IMG/VR virus record: IMGVR_UViG_3300024517_000001
Location: 1 to 56,497 of that record
DNA from: a virus
Lineage: Duplodnaviria > Caudoviricetes
Length of the DNA stretch: 56,497 bases
Direction: 5' to 3' (one strand)
Shown: one piece after another, positions 39,660 through 48,762 of the stretch
How the letters are laid out: each line of letters starts with the position of its first letter
Position numbering within the stretch: position 1 is the stretch's first letter
Program-made: the position numbers and the translations under genes
The notes under the pieces: model-generated
The model's database searches: none
The model's input: only the letters and a program-made list of their open reading frames with translations
What the model was told of the DNA's origin: nothing

Positions 39660-40041
39660 AGTATTCTTGAACAGGTCTGTAAAATTTACCTCCTACATAA
39701 TTATTATAGAAGGCTGGTTCATCTGTTCCCTCAAGTGTTTTAGTTAGCACACTATATTTTATTTGATAATAACATTCATAGTATCTTAGACTTCTTTTAT
39801 TTTTAAACTCTGCTAGAATTTTAAATTTGAAATTCTTTTTTCCAATCTTTTCTATATCGTCTAGTAGTTGTTTACTAGATCCCATATAAGATTTCCAGTT
39901 TGATTCAGATTTCTTTTTAGTTTTCTTATAATTAAAATATTGTTTGCATCCAACATAAGCTTTCTTATTTTTTAGATTGGTGATAATATAAACGAAGCCA
40001 AACTGGGAAAGATCTGGCTTACCTTTATACTCCCAATGCAT
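39643..40041 (-). CDS. GIY-YIG family nuclease
   Basis: GFVYIITNL...AYVG...FYNN. Confidence 0.7.
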   Translation of the reverse strand: MHWEYKGKPDLSQFGFVYIITNLKNKKAYVGCKQYFNYKKTKKKSESNWKSYMGSSKQLLDDIEKIGKKNFKFKILAEFKNKRSLRYYECYYQIKYSVLTKTLEGTDEPAFYNNYVGGKFYRPVQEYFEHTD

Positions 40042-40901
40042 TACCAGTTAACTACTTCAGGGACATCAGGTTCTTTACCAACTTGAACCAAGTATCTTTT
40101 ACCTTTTGCGTATTGAAAGACACGTATCCCTCTTCCTTGGTTAACATCAGACCAACATTCTTTTTTATGACCACAATAAACACAACCAAAGGGTAACTTA
40201 AGATTACCAGACTTGCCATCAGGTACAGGACTATAGCACCTATCAGGGATGCTACTGTCAGTAACCATTCCTTTAAGAAATTTAATCCTTTCTTTAGCAT
40301 TAATCATCTCCACTGAATGAACAGGAGTTAGGCAGATCTCTCCAGTAGATTTATCTATAGCAAGGAAAGCTGCCTCATCAACCCCATTAGCTTCTGCATA
40401 GGCAGAGATCTGAGCTATATATCCAAAGGGATCTTCCTCTAATAAGTTATTGTTTTTAAATTTATGAAAGCTGTTACCAGAGGCAGACTTACAATCAACC
40501 AGAACTCCATCTATCATAGAATCTTGATGACCTATAACTCCTTCTATCTCTACTTCCTTTTGCTGATCAGTTACCTTATGACCTGCAATCGCAGAACATA
40601 AAAGTAAAAACTCCTCCAGTATATAACCATATAAGAACTTAATTCTTGTACTAGCTTTCAATGGGATTGCATCTCTCTTGGTATTAACATCATACCAGAG
40701 TTGTCTGTCTGGTTTACCAATAGCTGACAATCTTAGGTTGCCATATTCTCTAGGCTTCTCATACATAAAATCTTTTATATGAAGCTTAAGCATTTCCCCA
40801 AAGGTATCTATATGTTTATCTACTTCTTCTTCCTTCATATCAATAGGATCAAGAGAGAATAAACTATATATATCTTCAACTAAAGTATTAATTTTTTTCA
40901 T
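40041..40901 (-). CDS. Cas4-like PD-(D/E)XK exonuclease
   Basis: LRLSAIG, GHQD...VDCKS, YIAQISAY, CVYCGHKKEC. Confidence 0.8.
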   Translation of the reverse strand: MKKINTLVEDIYSLFSLDPIDMKEEEVDKHIDTFGEMLKLHIKDFMYEKPREYGNLRLSAIGKPDRQLWYDVNTKRDAIPLKASTRIKFLYGYILEEFLLLCSAIAGHKVTDQQKEVEIEGVIGHQDSMIDGVLVDCKSASGNSFHKFKNNNLLEEDPFGYIAQISAYAEANGVDEAAFLAIDKSTGEICLTPVHSVEMINAKERIKFLKGMVTDSSIPDRCYSPVPDGKSGNLKLPFGCVYCGHKKECWSDVNQGRGIRVFQYAKGKRYLVQVGKEPDVPEVVNW

Positions 40902-40904
40902 ATT

Positions 40905-40946
40905 AAAAAATGGAGAGCAGCAAACTAACTAGCCTACTACTCTCCA
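40905..40946 (-). terminator. intrinsic terminator after ssb
   Basis: minus strand TGGAGAGTAGTAGG...TTTGCTGCTCTCCA followed by T6. Confidence 0.75.
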
Positions 40947-40961
40947 AGTCTCCTTTAGGGG

Positions 40962-41420
40962 TTACGAAGCAAAAGGAATATCTTCAACTTCATTATTAGT
41001 ATAGCCTCCTTCGACTACACCAAAGTCGTCCATACTGTACTCAACTAAGTCAGTTACTTGCACTGCATTAAGGTAGCCCTTAACACCACCACCATACACA
41101 GTATATTCCTTGGGGAAATAAGAAACATTCACCTTGGAACCATTCCCTACACGTTTGTCAGAGGGAAACGCATTACGTTGGGAATCCTTAACTGATATAG
41201 CTCTAGGCGTACCATCTTTGGTACGTGCATACTGCTTCAGGGTAACAAAGTCTCCTCTTTCATCACCCTTATTTTTGATGGTAAGACCATCGGCTTCTGC
41301 AACCTTTTTATTCTTAGCATTAAGGTTACAAACTTCTATACTCCATTCACCATCAGGATTGAACTTGGTGTTTGGGGTAATAACATGTGCCCAATAGGCA
41401 TCTCCAGAAATTACACTCAT
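40962..41420 (-). CDS. single-stranded DNA-binding protein (T7 gp2.5-like)
   Basis: VGNGSKVNV, YLNAVQVTDLVEY, acidic tail EDIPF. Confidence 0.8.
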   Translation of the reverse strand: MSVISGDAYWAHVITPNTKFNPDGEWSIEVCNLNAKNKKVAEADGLTIKNKGDERGDFVTLKQYARTKDGTPRAISVKDSQRNAFPSDKRVGNGSKVNVSYFPKEYTVYGGGVKGYLNAVQVTDLVEYSMDDFGVVEGGYTNNEVEDIPFAS

Positions 41421-41538
41421 TTACTTTACTCCTTGTGATAATAACATTAAGATAATAACATAACTGCTACCAAAACTTCTAGCAGCATAATTGATATAAA
41501 GATTTCAGTGAAAGCAACCTCCTCTCAATTGTTGACGA

Positions 41539-41567
41539 ATTATAGCATATGCCTGACACTAAGTCAA
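41539..41567 (-). promoter_or_regulatory. sigma70 promoter of ssb (TTGACT-N17-TATAAT, extended -10)
   Basis: near-consensus hexamers directly downstream of hairpin element 1. Confidence 0.8.
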
Positions 41568-41571
41568 ACAC

Positions 41572-41625
41572 TTAATTAACATACTGTAGAGTACGTAAGT
41601 ACTCCCTCTACAGTATGTTAATTAA
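41572..41625. repeat. hairpin element copy 1
   Basis: TTAATTAACATACTGTAGAG-tacgtaagtactcc-CTCTACAGTATGTTAATTAA. Confidence 0.95.
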
Positions 41626-42090
41626 TTCAGCTTCTTGATAAGGTATATGGAAGAATGGTTCTTGCAGATGAGGTTCTCCTATACGAGTGGAGTTCTGTAT
41701 CTTCCCTATGGTAGACTCACCTACCAGATCACCATCCATAAACCAAGCCTTAGAACAATCGGTATTAAAGACTACAAAGATAAGCTCATGATCTTTAAAT
41801 TCTTTCTTCCATTTATTAATTAGTCTTTGCTTCCTCTCAGGTATTCTTACTTCCTTCCAAGAAGAAGGCCAGATATTACTCCATTGATTTTTAATCTCAA
41901 CCTCGAAGAAATAATTCTTACATGATCCATCTACATGCCAAAGTTTGGCAGAGATATCAAAGAAGTAGTCTTCTCTTTGTTCAATATCTGAGTAACCTTG
42001 TTGATATAGGTAGTTACTCATTGCATCCTTAGCTTTCTGATCATTAGCCTTATAGGATTCCTTATCAAACTTTCGATTATTGTGTGGCAT
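41608..42090 (-). CDS. putative PD-(D/E)XK-fold protein
   Basis: FFDI...FEVEIK; paralog of 44340-44738; stop codon inside hairpin element 1. Confidence 0.6.
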   Translation of the reverse strand: MPHNNRKFDKESYKANDQKAKDAMSNYLYQQGYSDIEQREDYFFDISAKLWHVDGSCKNYFFEVEIKNQWSNIWPSSWKEVRIPERKQRLINKWKKEFKDHELIFVVFNTDCSKAWFMDGDLVGESTIGKIQNSTRIGEPHLQEPFFHIPYQEAELINIL

Positions 42091-42724
42091 TTAATGTATC
42101 TCCTTTAGATAAGATTAGCTTTATAAAATTCCCTAAACAATTTCTACATAACTGTAATCTTTCTTTGTATTGATGACCCATCTCAGTTCTTTTTTTCACA
42201 TTTCTTTTATACTTATTACTTTCAATAAAATCTGATAAGTCAGCTATAGTTCTTCTACTTAAGTTAAACCACTCTCCACTTACATTTACTTCTTCTAAAC
42301 ATTCATGTAATGTATGTTCTAATTCTAAGACAGTATCATTATCTGAAAAAGCAGATGAATATATAATCTCAAGAGGAACCCAAGAACTAGTTTGTAATTG
42401 TTTTAATCTGGATTTAACATCATTGCTTATTCCTATTTTTACAGGGGTACATAATTCTAATCCATCACTAGCTAGTCCTGCAATAAAATAAATAAAAAAT
42501 CTATCTACACCTGTAGGATTGGATGCTTCTTTATTATAAATATATTCAAACTGTGGGTTAAGACTAAGTATCCTTTCTTTAATTTCAGGTCTGTGAAGAA
42601 TCCTGTGTCCTTGATTATATAAAGCTGATACTGAATAACCTGCTGATCTAGCTGCCTCCTTAGCATTAGGATAAGCGACAAAAGCTTGACAAAAGGCTTC
42701 GTATCTGGGTTTAAGATGAAGCAT
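42077..42724 (-). CDS. TerS-type HTH fused to a GIY-YIG (T5orf172-like) domain
   Basis: FCQAFV...NAKEAARSAGYS...LYNQGHRIL then FIYFI...VKIGISNDVKSRLKQLQT...LEHTLH...GEWF. Confidence 0.7.
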   Translation of the reverse strand: MLHLKPRYEAFCQAFVAYPNAKEAARSAGYSVSALYNQGHRILHRPEIKERILSLNPQFEYIYNKEASNPTGVDRFFIYFIAGLASDGLELCTPVKIGISNDVKSRLKQLQTSSWVPLEIIYSSAFSDNDTVLELEHTLHECLEEVNVSGEWFNLSRRTIADLSDFIESNKYKRNVKKRTEMGHQYKERLQLCRNCLGNFIKLILSKGDTLNATQ

Positions 42725-44359
42725 TTAATGTGTTTCCTTCCATGTTGTTCCAATCTTGTACTCACAATCAAGAGGACATTGCATCTCTAATGTCTTTGTT
42801 GTTTCCAGCATAGCATCTTTGGTTATCTGACCAAATCTCTCTGCATCTGTCTTGGCTACCTCAAATTGGTATTCATCGTGGACTGAGGCTACCAGCTTGA
42901 CATCTACTCCTGCCTTTCTAATGCCTTCATCCATATGAACAAGCCATTGCTTACAGACTATAGCTCCTGCTCCCTGTATGAGGGTATTGAGGGACGCATA
43001 GTCTGCCCTTATATGGAGGACTCTTCCATCTAAAGCCTTTATTGTACCTGTCTGTGATGCTTCAATAACATTATCCCTTAGCTTTTTCAAGCGAGGCATG
43101 TTGCGTAGGAAGTTAGTGATTAACTGTTGTCCTCTCTTAGCTCCTGCCCCTACCACCTTACCTATTTTGGAAGGTCCAGCCCCATAAAGAAAGGCATAGA
43201 TGAAAGTTTTTGCTTGATCTCTAGTCTGTAGTCCAGCCATTTTCTGATTGGCAGTATGAACATCACCAGTAAGAACCTCCTTGGTAAACTTGGGGTCATC
43301 CATATAGTGAGCTAGACATCTTAACTCCAGACCACTGGCATCTGTACCTAAAAGAACATGGGTATCAGGATTATCTATAGTCCATAGATCTCTACACTCC
43401 TTACCATAGGGACTGTAGATGGCTGGTACTTGCGCCATGTTAGGACTATGGTGAGCCATCCTGCCTGTTACTGTCCTGAGAGTAAGTACCTTACCTCTAA
43501 CTCTTTCATCCTCCTCACAAGCTTGTATCCAAGCCTTGAGAAGACCTGTTCTCTTCTGAAGAAGGAAGTATCTGCTAAACATCTTAGCTTCTTTCATGTC
43601 CAGCTTATCAAGGATCTCCTCACTCACAATTATATTACCTTTGTCCGTAGTCTTGGTAGGTTTCCAGCCTCTCTTCATAAGCCTGTCAGCTATCTGCTTT
43701 CTGCTGGCTATGTTAAAGGGAATATACTTGGTCTTTGTTTTGAGGACAACCTCAGTAGGCTCAAACATTTCATCAGCCTTACGTTCCAGATCATGTTGTT
43801 CATCCTCAAGCTTGGATAGCAATACCATTGCTTCACGTATATTAAATGCAAACCCATTCTTTTGTTGTTGATCTATAATTGCTCTGATTTTTCTTTCAAG
43901 GTTATACGATCTTGATGAGAACGAACAGCCTTCGATTGATAGTTGATGAGCAAGTTTGCTAGTGAGTGCCGTATCCATCCGACAATACTCCAACATAGCT
44001 GGAGTGTACGTAGTAAAATCATCGCAGTCTCCTTTAGGAAAGTTAAGTCTATCCCCCCATGACTGAAGGGAATGTCCACCATCTCTGATGGGATTAAATA
44101 ACTGAGATTCAATTAAGGTATCTCTTATCTGAGATAACTTAATCTTGGAACCTGTTAGTCTGTTAAGGATGGGAGCATCAAAGCTAATACCATTATGCAT
44201 AATGAATTGATCTATCTGCTTAGACCACTCAGCAAACTGCTGGCATTCTTCTCCTATCCATATCTTTTCTTTATCAGAGTCATAGGATCGAGCTACAATA
44301 CAATGTATTTTACTTGCATTAAGACTATCTGTTTCTATATCAACTATTGCTTGGGTCAT
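42725..44359 (-). CDS. DNA polymerase family A (T7-like, Tyr762 type) with 3'-5' exonuclease
   Basis: DIETD, HNGISFD, YCRMD; DASGLELR; RDQAKTFIYAFLYG; VHDE. Confidence 0.95.
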   Translation of the reverse strand: MTQAIVDIETDSLNASKIHCIVARSYDSDKEKIWIGEECQQFAEWSKQIDQFIMHNGISFDAPILNRLTGSKIKLSQIRDTLIESQLFNPIRDGGHSLQSWGDRLNFPKGDCDDFTTYTPAMLEYCRMDTALTSKLAHQLSIEGCSFSSRSYNLERKIRAIIDQQQKNGFAFNIREAMVLLSKLEDEQHDLERKADEMFEPTEVVLKTKTKYIPFNIASRKQIADRLMKRGWKPTKTTDKGNIIVSEEILDKLDMKEAKMFSRYFLLQKRTGLLKAWIQACEEDERVRGKVLTLRTVTGRMAHHSPNMAQVPAIYSPYGKECRDLWTIDNPDTHVLLGTDASGLELRCLAHYMDDPKFTKEVLTGDVHTANQKMAGLQTRDQAKTFIYAFLYGAGPSKIGKVVGAGAKRGQQLITNFLRNMPRLKKLRDNVIEASQTGTIKALDGRVLHIRADYASLNTLIQGAGAIVCKQWLVHMDEGIRKAGVDVKLVASVHDEYQFEVAKTDAERFGQITKDAMLETTKTLEMQCPLDCEYKIGTTWKETH

Positions 44360-44738
44360 AATTCATATCCACTTGATAAGTAAATTTAAGAGGTATACAA
44401 TAAAAGTTATTTCTTACCTCACTTTCCATGACAATATCTCCTGCTATATGCCATGCTTTCTTTAGATCTTTACGATAGACTATAAAAGTTAAGAGATCTC
44501 TTCGATAATCTTTGTACCATCTATCAACAACATCTTTATTTTTATAGGGTAGTCGTACTTCTTCCCACTTCTCAGGCCATTCATCCTCCCATTCTTCTAT
44601 TACTTCGACCTGATATAAGATCTTGAGATCTCCTCCATTAATACGACACTTAATATTAAACTCTGAAGTATCTGGATCTATTATTATATCAGGAATATGC
44701 GATTCAATCCAGCCAATTGTTTGTTCTCTAGGCTGCAT
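44340..44738 (-). CDS. hypothetical protein, paralog of 41608-42090
   Basis: shared W..W.EVR.P...F.V...D..KAW...GD.V.ES pattern. Confidence 0.65.
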   Translation of the reverse strand: MQPREQTIGWIESHIPDIIIDPDTSEFNIKCRINGGDLKILYQVEVIEEWEDEWPEKWEEVRLPYKNKDVVDRWYKDYRRDLLTFIVYRKDLKKAWHIAGDIVMESEVRNNFYCIPLKFTYQVDMNYDPSNS

Positions 44739-45267
44739 TCTTTTCCTCCGTTATTTTTTTAAAGTAATTACCTACTTGTATGACCTGATCTGGTGTAGCA
44801 TTATTCTTTATTCTATTAGCAAGCATACATATAATTTGTACATTTCCTTTTACATATCCTACTTCAGGAATAATTCTATCTATAGATGGTGAAGCATCAA
44901 TCTGCATTCCTTCTCCTTTTTTAAATTCAATACTAAGGACAGGACACTTATTATCTTCAGGCCATATTTCTTTAATATATTCTTTATCAAGATTAAAAGA
45001 AATATTTTTATTTCTAATCCTACTTTTAGTAACTGAACACAGATGTGCTTCCTTATTTTCTTTTCTGTGTCTTCTTTGTTGTTTTAATAAATCTTCTTTA
45101 TTTTCTTCATAATATTTTTTATAACGTTCTGCTATAGCTTCTTTATTTTTTTCACGATATTTTTTACGACTTTCTGCTATAGCTTCTTTATTTTCTTCAC
45201 AATATTTTTTATAATATTCTGCTATAGCTTCTTTATTTTCTTCAAGATATTTTTTACTATGTGGCAT
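44728..45267 (-). CDS. HNH-like homing endonuclease with N-terminal 15-aa repeats
   Basis: KKYxExNKEAIAE repeats; CPVL...SPSIDRI...GYVKGNVQIIC..ANRIK; start after GGAGG RBS. Confidence 0.75.
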   Translation of the reverse strand: MPHSKKYLEENKEAIAEYYKKYCEENKEAIAESRKKYREKNKEAIAERYKKYYEENKEDLLKQQRRHRKENKEAHLCSVTKSRIRNKNISFNLDKEYIKEIWPEDNKCPVLSIEFKKGEGMQIDASPSIDRIIPEVGYVKGNVQIICMLANRIKNNATPDQVIQVGNYFKKITEEKNAA

Positions 45268-46873
45268 CATCCTCCTCCATAAAAGGATTATCAACCTGTG
45301 ACATCCTGCCTGTCTCCTTATTATAGTGGAGGTAACAGGCAATACCAGTGTCTCCTGTGTATCTATTCTTGAGTATACGAAGAGTAGTGGTGTTAGCCTC
45401 ATGCTCGTCTTCTGCTTGTTGATTTCTTTCCAAGGCTATAACACTATCAGATAGGTGAGCTATACTAGCTGACCCTCTAAGATGCGACAGGCTGACCTCT
45501 CTGCCATCCTCATGGCCTCTGTCTCCTGCTGGTCTACGTAGGTGAGATACCAGTAAGAGTGCTATCCCTGTCTCTTCTACAAGGGATCTTAACTTGGTCA
45601 TTAGTACATCAATAGACTTTCTTTCATCTCCAAACTCTTCGTTTCCTGATACCAGTATGGAGAGGTGATCCAGAAAGATCCACTTACAGTCCAGAGCTTT
45701 AGCCATATACCTTACTCTATCAAGAATTTCATTGTTAGATATAGAACCAAAGTGATCGAATGCATAGAACCTTTTACTATCAATGGTCTTCTTCTGCCAC
45801 TCCCTAAGTTGCTCAGTAGTATACTGATCCCTTATTTCTTTGATGTATAGTCGAGCATTCGCTTCTACTGACATAAGATTAAAGGCTGTATGTTTTACAT
45901 TTTCTTCCATACAAAGTACACCTATATTATCCAGAGTACTTAACATAATATGATGCATGAGTTCCCTAATGATACTACTCTTACCCATGCCAGCACCACT
46001 GGTAAACGTAATGAGTTCTCCTGTCCTCATGCCATAGGTTTTCTCATTCATCTTAGGCCAAGGATACAGACAGGTTTCATTATAGTTCTCCTCATAGAGG
46101 GACTCCCCAAGGTCTGCAAGATTTATAATACCTGCTGGTGTGTAAGGCTTGGAGTTCCACCATGCCTGAGTAAAGCTTTCACGCCTTCCTTTTTGCAGAT
46201 ACTCATTCGCATCCTTAAATTCAAGAGCCATAATCTTACACTTGTTAGGTTCAAATAACTGGGCTACCTGTTGTGCCGCTTCTTTACCGGGAGCATCGTT
46301 ATCAAAACAGAGGACTACAGTCTCAAACTTGTTAAGATAATTAAAGGCTTGCTTGCAATTCTCTACGGCAGATGCAGCCCCATTCTTAATGGAAACCACA
46401 GGCCATTTGCTACCCATTAATTCATAGGCAGACATAGCATCTACTTCACCTTCACATACTGTGATATACTTACCAGCCTGATTGAATATGTTCTGTCCAA
46501 ATAGACCAGCCATAGAGATGTTACCTTCTGACCAGAACTTTTTAGTCAGAGCATTGCGTACCTTATTAGCTATGTGATTGTTATCTTCATCAAAGTATCT
46601 ATAAATATGATGGGTTACTTTTCCTCCATCAGCTAACTGAACCAAGGTATTAAACCTTTGAACTGTGTCCTTGCTAATGCTTCGGTCAGGGATTGAAGAC
46701 ACCTGTCCAGAGGACTTTAAACTGGAGCTAACTTCTACATTCATGGGAATAACCTCTGCTGTACCATTTGAAAATCTAGTCTTACAACTATAACAATACG
46801 AATGACCGTCATCATATAGATGATGGGCATCACTGGAACTACAACTAGGGCATGGCCCCTTTCGTTTAAGCAT
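45257..46873 (-). CDS. DNA primase-helicase (T7 gp4-like)
   Basis: CPSC/CYSC zinc finger, TOPRIM EGEVD and FDND, GAGMGKS, FLDHL, LRGSASI. Confidence 0.95.
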   Translation of the reverse strand: MLKRKGPCPSCSSSDAHHLYDDGHSYCYSCKTRFSNGTAEVIPMNVEVSSSLKSSGQVSSIPDRSISKDTVQRFNTLVQLADGGKVTHHIYRYFDEDNNHIANKVRNALTKKFWSEGNISMAGLFGQNIFNQAGKYITVCEGEVDAMSAYELMGSKWPVVSIKNGAASAVENCKQAFNYLNKFETVVLCFDNDAPGKEAAQQVAQLFEPNKCKIMALEFKDANEYLQKGRRESFTQAWWNSKPYTPAGIINLADLGESLYEENYNETCLYPWPKMNEKTYGMRTGELITFTSGAGMGKSSIIRELMHHIMLSTLDNIGVLCMEENVKHTAFNLMSVEANARLYIKEIRDQYTTEQLREWQKKTIDSKRFYAFDHFGSISNNEILDRVRYMAKALDCKWIFLDHLSILVSGNEEFGDERKSIDVLMTKLRSLVEETGIALLLVSHLRRPAGDRGHEDGREVSLSHLRGSASIAHLSDSVIALERNQQAEDEHEANTTTLRILKNRYTGDTGIACYLHYNKETGRMSQVDNPFMEEDDAT

Positions 46874-46892
46874 CTCCACTCCTTTCAATGAT

Positions 46893-46946
46893 TTAATTAA
46901 CATACTGTAGAGTACGTAAGTACTCCCTCTACAGTATGTTAATTAA
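46893..46946. repeat. hairpin element copy 2 (identical to copy 1)
   Basis: direct reading; immediately upstream of the primase-helicase RBS. Confidence 0.95.
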
Positions 46947-47122
46947 TTTTTGGGTGATCCTCTTTCTTTAATAATTTTATATTCAAGATTAGGATCATAG
47001 CCCAGATGTTTACACAGATTATATCTGTTTTTAATTTCAGCCTGAGCTTCTCTCTTGCTGTTAAAATAATCAACAACAATATCACCGTAGTCTTTTTCCA
47101 GAACTATTTTCCACCTATCCAT
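46943..47122 (-). CDS. hypothetical protein (59 aa, not in ORF track)
   Basis: manual translation MDRWKIVLEKDYGD...; TAA supplied by element 2. Confidence 0.5.
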   Translation of the reverse strand: MDRWKIVLEKDYGDIVVDYFNSKREAQAEIKNRYNLCKHLGYDPNLEYKIIKERGSPKN

Positions 47123-47300
47123 CAGTAAAACTTTCCTTTAATATATTCTGCACAAAGTTTTCTTTGTCTTCCATCACCTCATTAACCTCCTGTTTTGCCA
47201 AGGATTTTGATTCCTTATGAGAGTACCCTTCGTTCCTGTACTGTTTTACTAGATGTTGAAATATATTATTACGTTCTCTTTCCCATAGATTTTTTGTCAT
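47115..47300 (-). CDS. hypothetical protein
   Basis: TAATG-coupled ORF MTKNLWERER. Confidence 0.6.
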   Translation of the reverse strand: MTKNLWERERNNIFQHLVKQYRNEGYSHKESKSLAKQEVNEVMEDKENFVQNILKESFTDG

Positions 47301-47443
47301 TACTCTACCCAACTTTGGTTTGCTCGTTTATAATTTAACTTAGATAATTCTTTACGTAATTTTTTTATAGTTTCTTCTTTCTCTTCTAGCTGTTGCTTTA
47401 AAGTCTCAATGTTTTTATGAAGGACTTCGTTTGTAGTTTGCAT
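47300..47443 (-). CDS. small coiled-coil protein (47 aa)
   Basis: manual translation, GAGGAG RBS. Confidence 0.55.
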   Translation of the reverse strand: MQTTNEVLHKNIETLKQQLEEKEETIKKLRKELSKLNYKRANQSWVE

Positions 47444-47455
47444 AGTATACTCCTC

Positions 47456-47926
47456 TTATTCCCTCATGTCAATGTAGAATAGGTGTTTACCTATTGATCC
47501 TAAAGCTTTAAAGTTTGGATCAGATGCCCAGCTTGGGGTTACATAGTTGGCATGATAGTGGGTAGCACCAACAGTTTGCTTTACTTGTATACCTTTGAGT
47601 GCCATCTCTGCAACATTAATAGATTTAATTAATCCTGATATATCTGTAAACCTTTCTGGTCTACCGTCACACCAATAACTGAAGTGACACTTATCCCTAA
47701 CAGGATTGTCTTTCCAATACTTACCTTGATGTACTACCTTGCATATCGTATTAGGATAGTTGCTGCTTTCTTTTCTTGTTAGTATTACATTAGCTACACT
47801 AAGCATACCTAGCAAAGTCTCTGACCTAGCCTCATGATAGACAGCCTCAACTAGACAATCAAAGTTGTCTGCTTTAGCTGAAGCTGCCATCATTAAAGTT
47901 ATTAAAGTTATTAATATTAATTTCAT
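47456..47926 (-). CDS. cell wall hydrolase, SleB/Hydrolase_2 family
   Basis: signal peptide, CLVEAVYHEAR, VANVI, FSYWCD, GATHYHA, IGKHLFY. Confidence 0.88.
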   Translation of the reverse strand: MKLILITLITLMMAASAKADNFDCLVEAVYHEARSETLLGMLSVANVILTRKESSNYPNTICKVVHQGKYWKDNPVRDKCHFSYWCDGRPERFTDISGLIKSINVAEMALKGIQVKQTVGATHYHANYVTPSWASDPNFKALGSIGKHLFYIDMRE

Positions 47927-48114
47927 TAGTGAAGCCTCACTATATGAATGTCTGAATTAAACCAGAGATCCTTTCCGAAACCCAGTTGCATTAGAAATTG
48001 AGAGGCTTCTATTTTACTATTAAATATCTGAACACCTTCGCCTTCTTGATCAGGTAATATATCCATTGATCTTAGATCATCTGGATCATCTACGTGAACA
48101 ATAATATAAGACAT
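47926..48114 (-). CDS. hypothetical protein
   Basis: 62-aa ORF with AGGAG RBS. Confidence 0.6.
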   Translation of the reverse strand: MSYIIVHVDDPDDLRSMDILPDQEGEGVQIFNSKIEASQFLMQLGFGKDLWFNSDIHIVRLH

Positions 48115-48168
48115 TCTTTTCTCCTATAGTAAAAGGAATAGTAATAATAAGATATCCATTTGCTCCTC

Positions 48169-48582
48169 CTATTCTACCTTTGTAAATAAGTTGCCCAGTA
48201 TTGAGCCGTCTTCCACCCTATTTTCTTTAGCTTCATATGATGCTCCACCTACATTAGTTCGTTGGATATCATTATGATTTAACTCAGCCCAGTAGATCTC
48301 CAAGGCTTCTGTCTCTTGATGAGCTATAAACTTATGCATCTCTCCTGCTGGTACGATAGAAGTATCGCCAGCAAACAGGTGAGTACTGTCACATAAGCCA
48401 TAGTCTTTCCATCTCTGGATCTCTAACTCACCACTGATTACATAGAACATATTGATCTTTGATTGATGCTTATGTTGTGAACAGTAAGCTCCAAGATCTA
48501 CCTTAATTCTATGTACTTCTACGGCTGCTGATTGCAGTATAGGTTCTGTACTGCCCCATACCTTACCTTCGATGACACTCAT
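48169..48582 (-). CDS. cupin-domain protein (sugar isomerase-like)
   Basis: KVWG, HKH, FYVISG, PAGEMHKF. Confidence 0.75.
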   Translation of the reverse strand: MSVIEGKVWGSTEPILQSAAVEVHRIKVDLGAYCSQHKHQSKINMFYVISGELEIQRWKDYGLCDSTHLFAGDTSIVPAGEMHKFIAHQETEALEIYWAELNHNDIQRTNVGGASYEAKENRVEDGSILGNLFTKVE

Positions 48583-48762
48583 TTACTTCTCCTTTTTTGG
48601 TTGGAAAAATACAATAGTAATTTCATTGGACGAACTATAAAGATGCTCAGGGTCTTCCTCACCATCAAGGATTTCCCAAGTAATATCTGTTCCATCAAGT
48701 AATTCTTCCAAAGCCTTTAATAAAGGTTTATGAATTACCATATCTGTATATGTCATTGACAT
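48583..48762 (-). CDS. hypothetical protein (59 aa)
   Basis: manual translation; bounded by AGGAGAAGTAAATG junctions. Confidence 0.55.
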   Translation of the reverse strand: MSMTYTDMVIHKPLLKALEELLDGTDITWEILDGEEDPEHLYSSSNEITIVFFQPKKEK

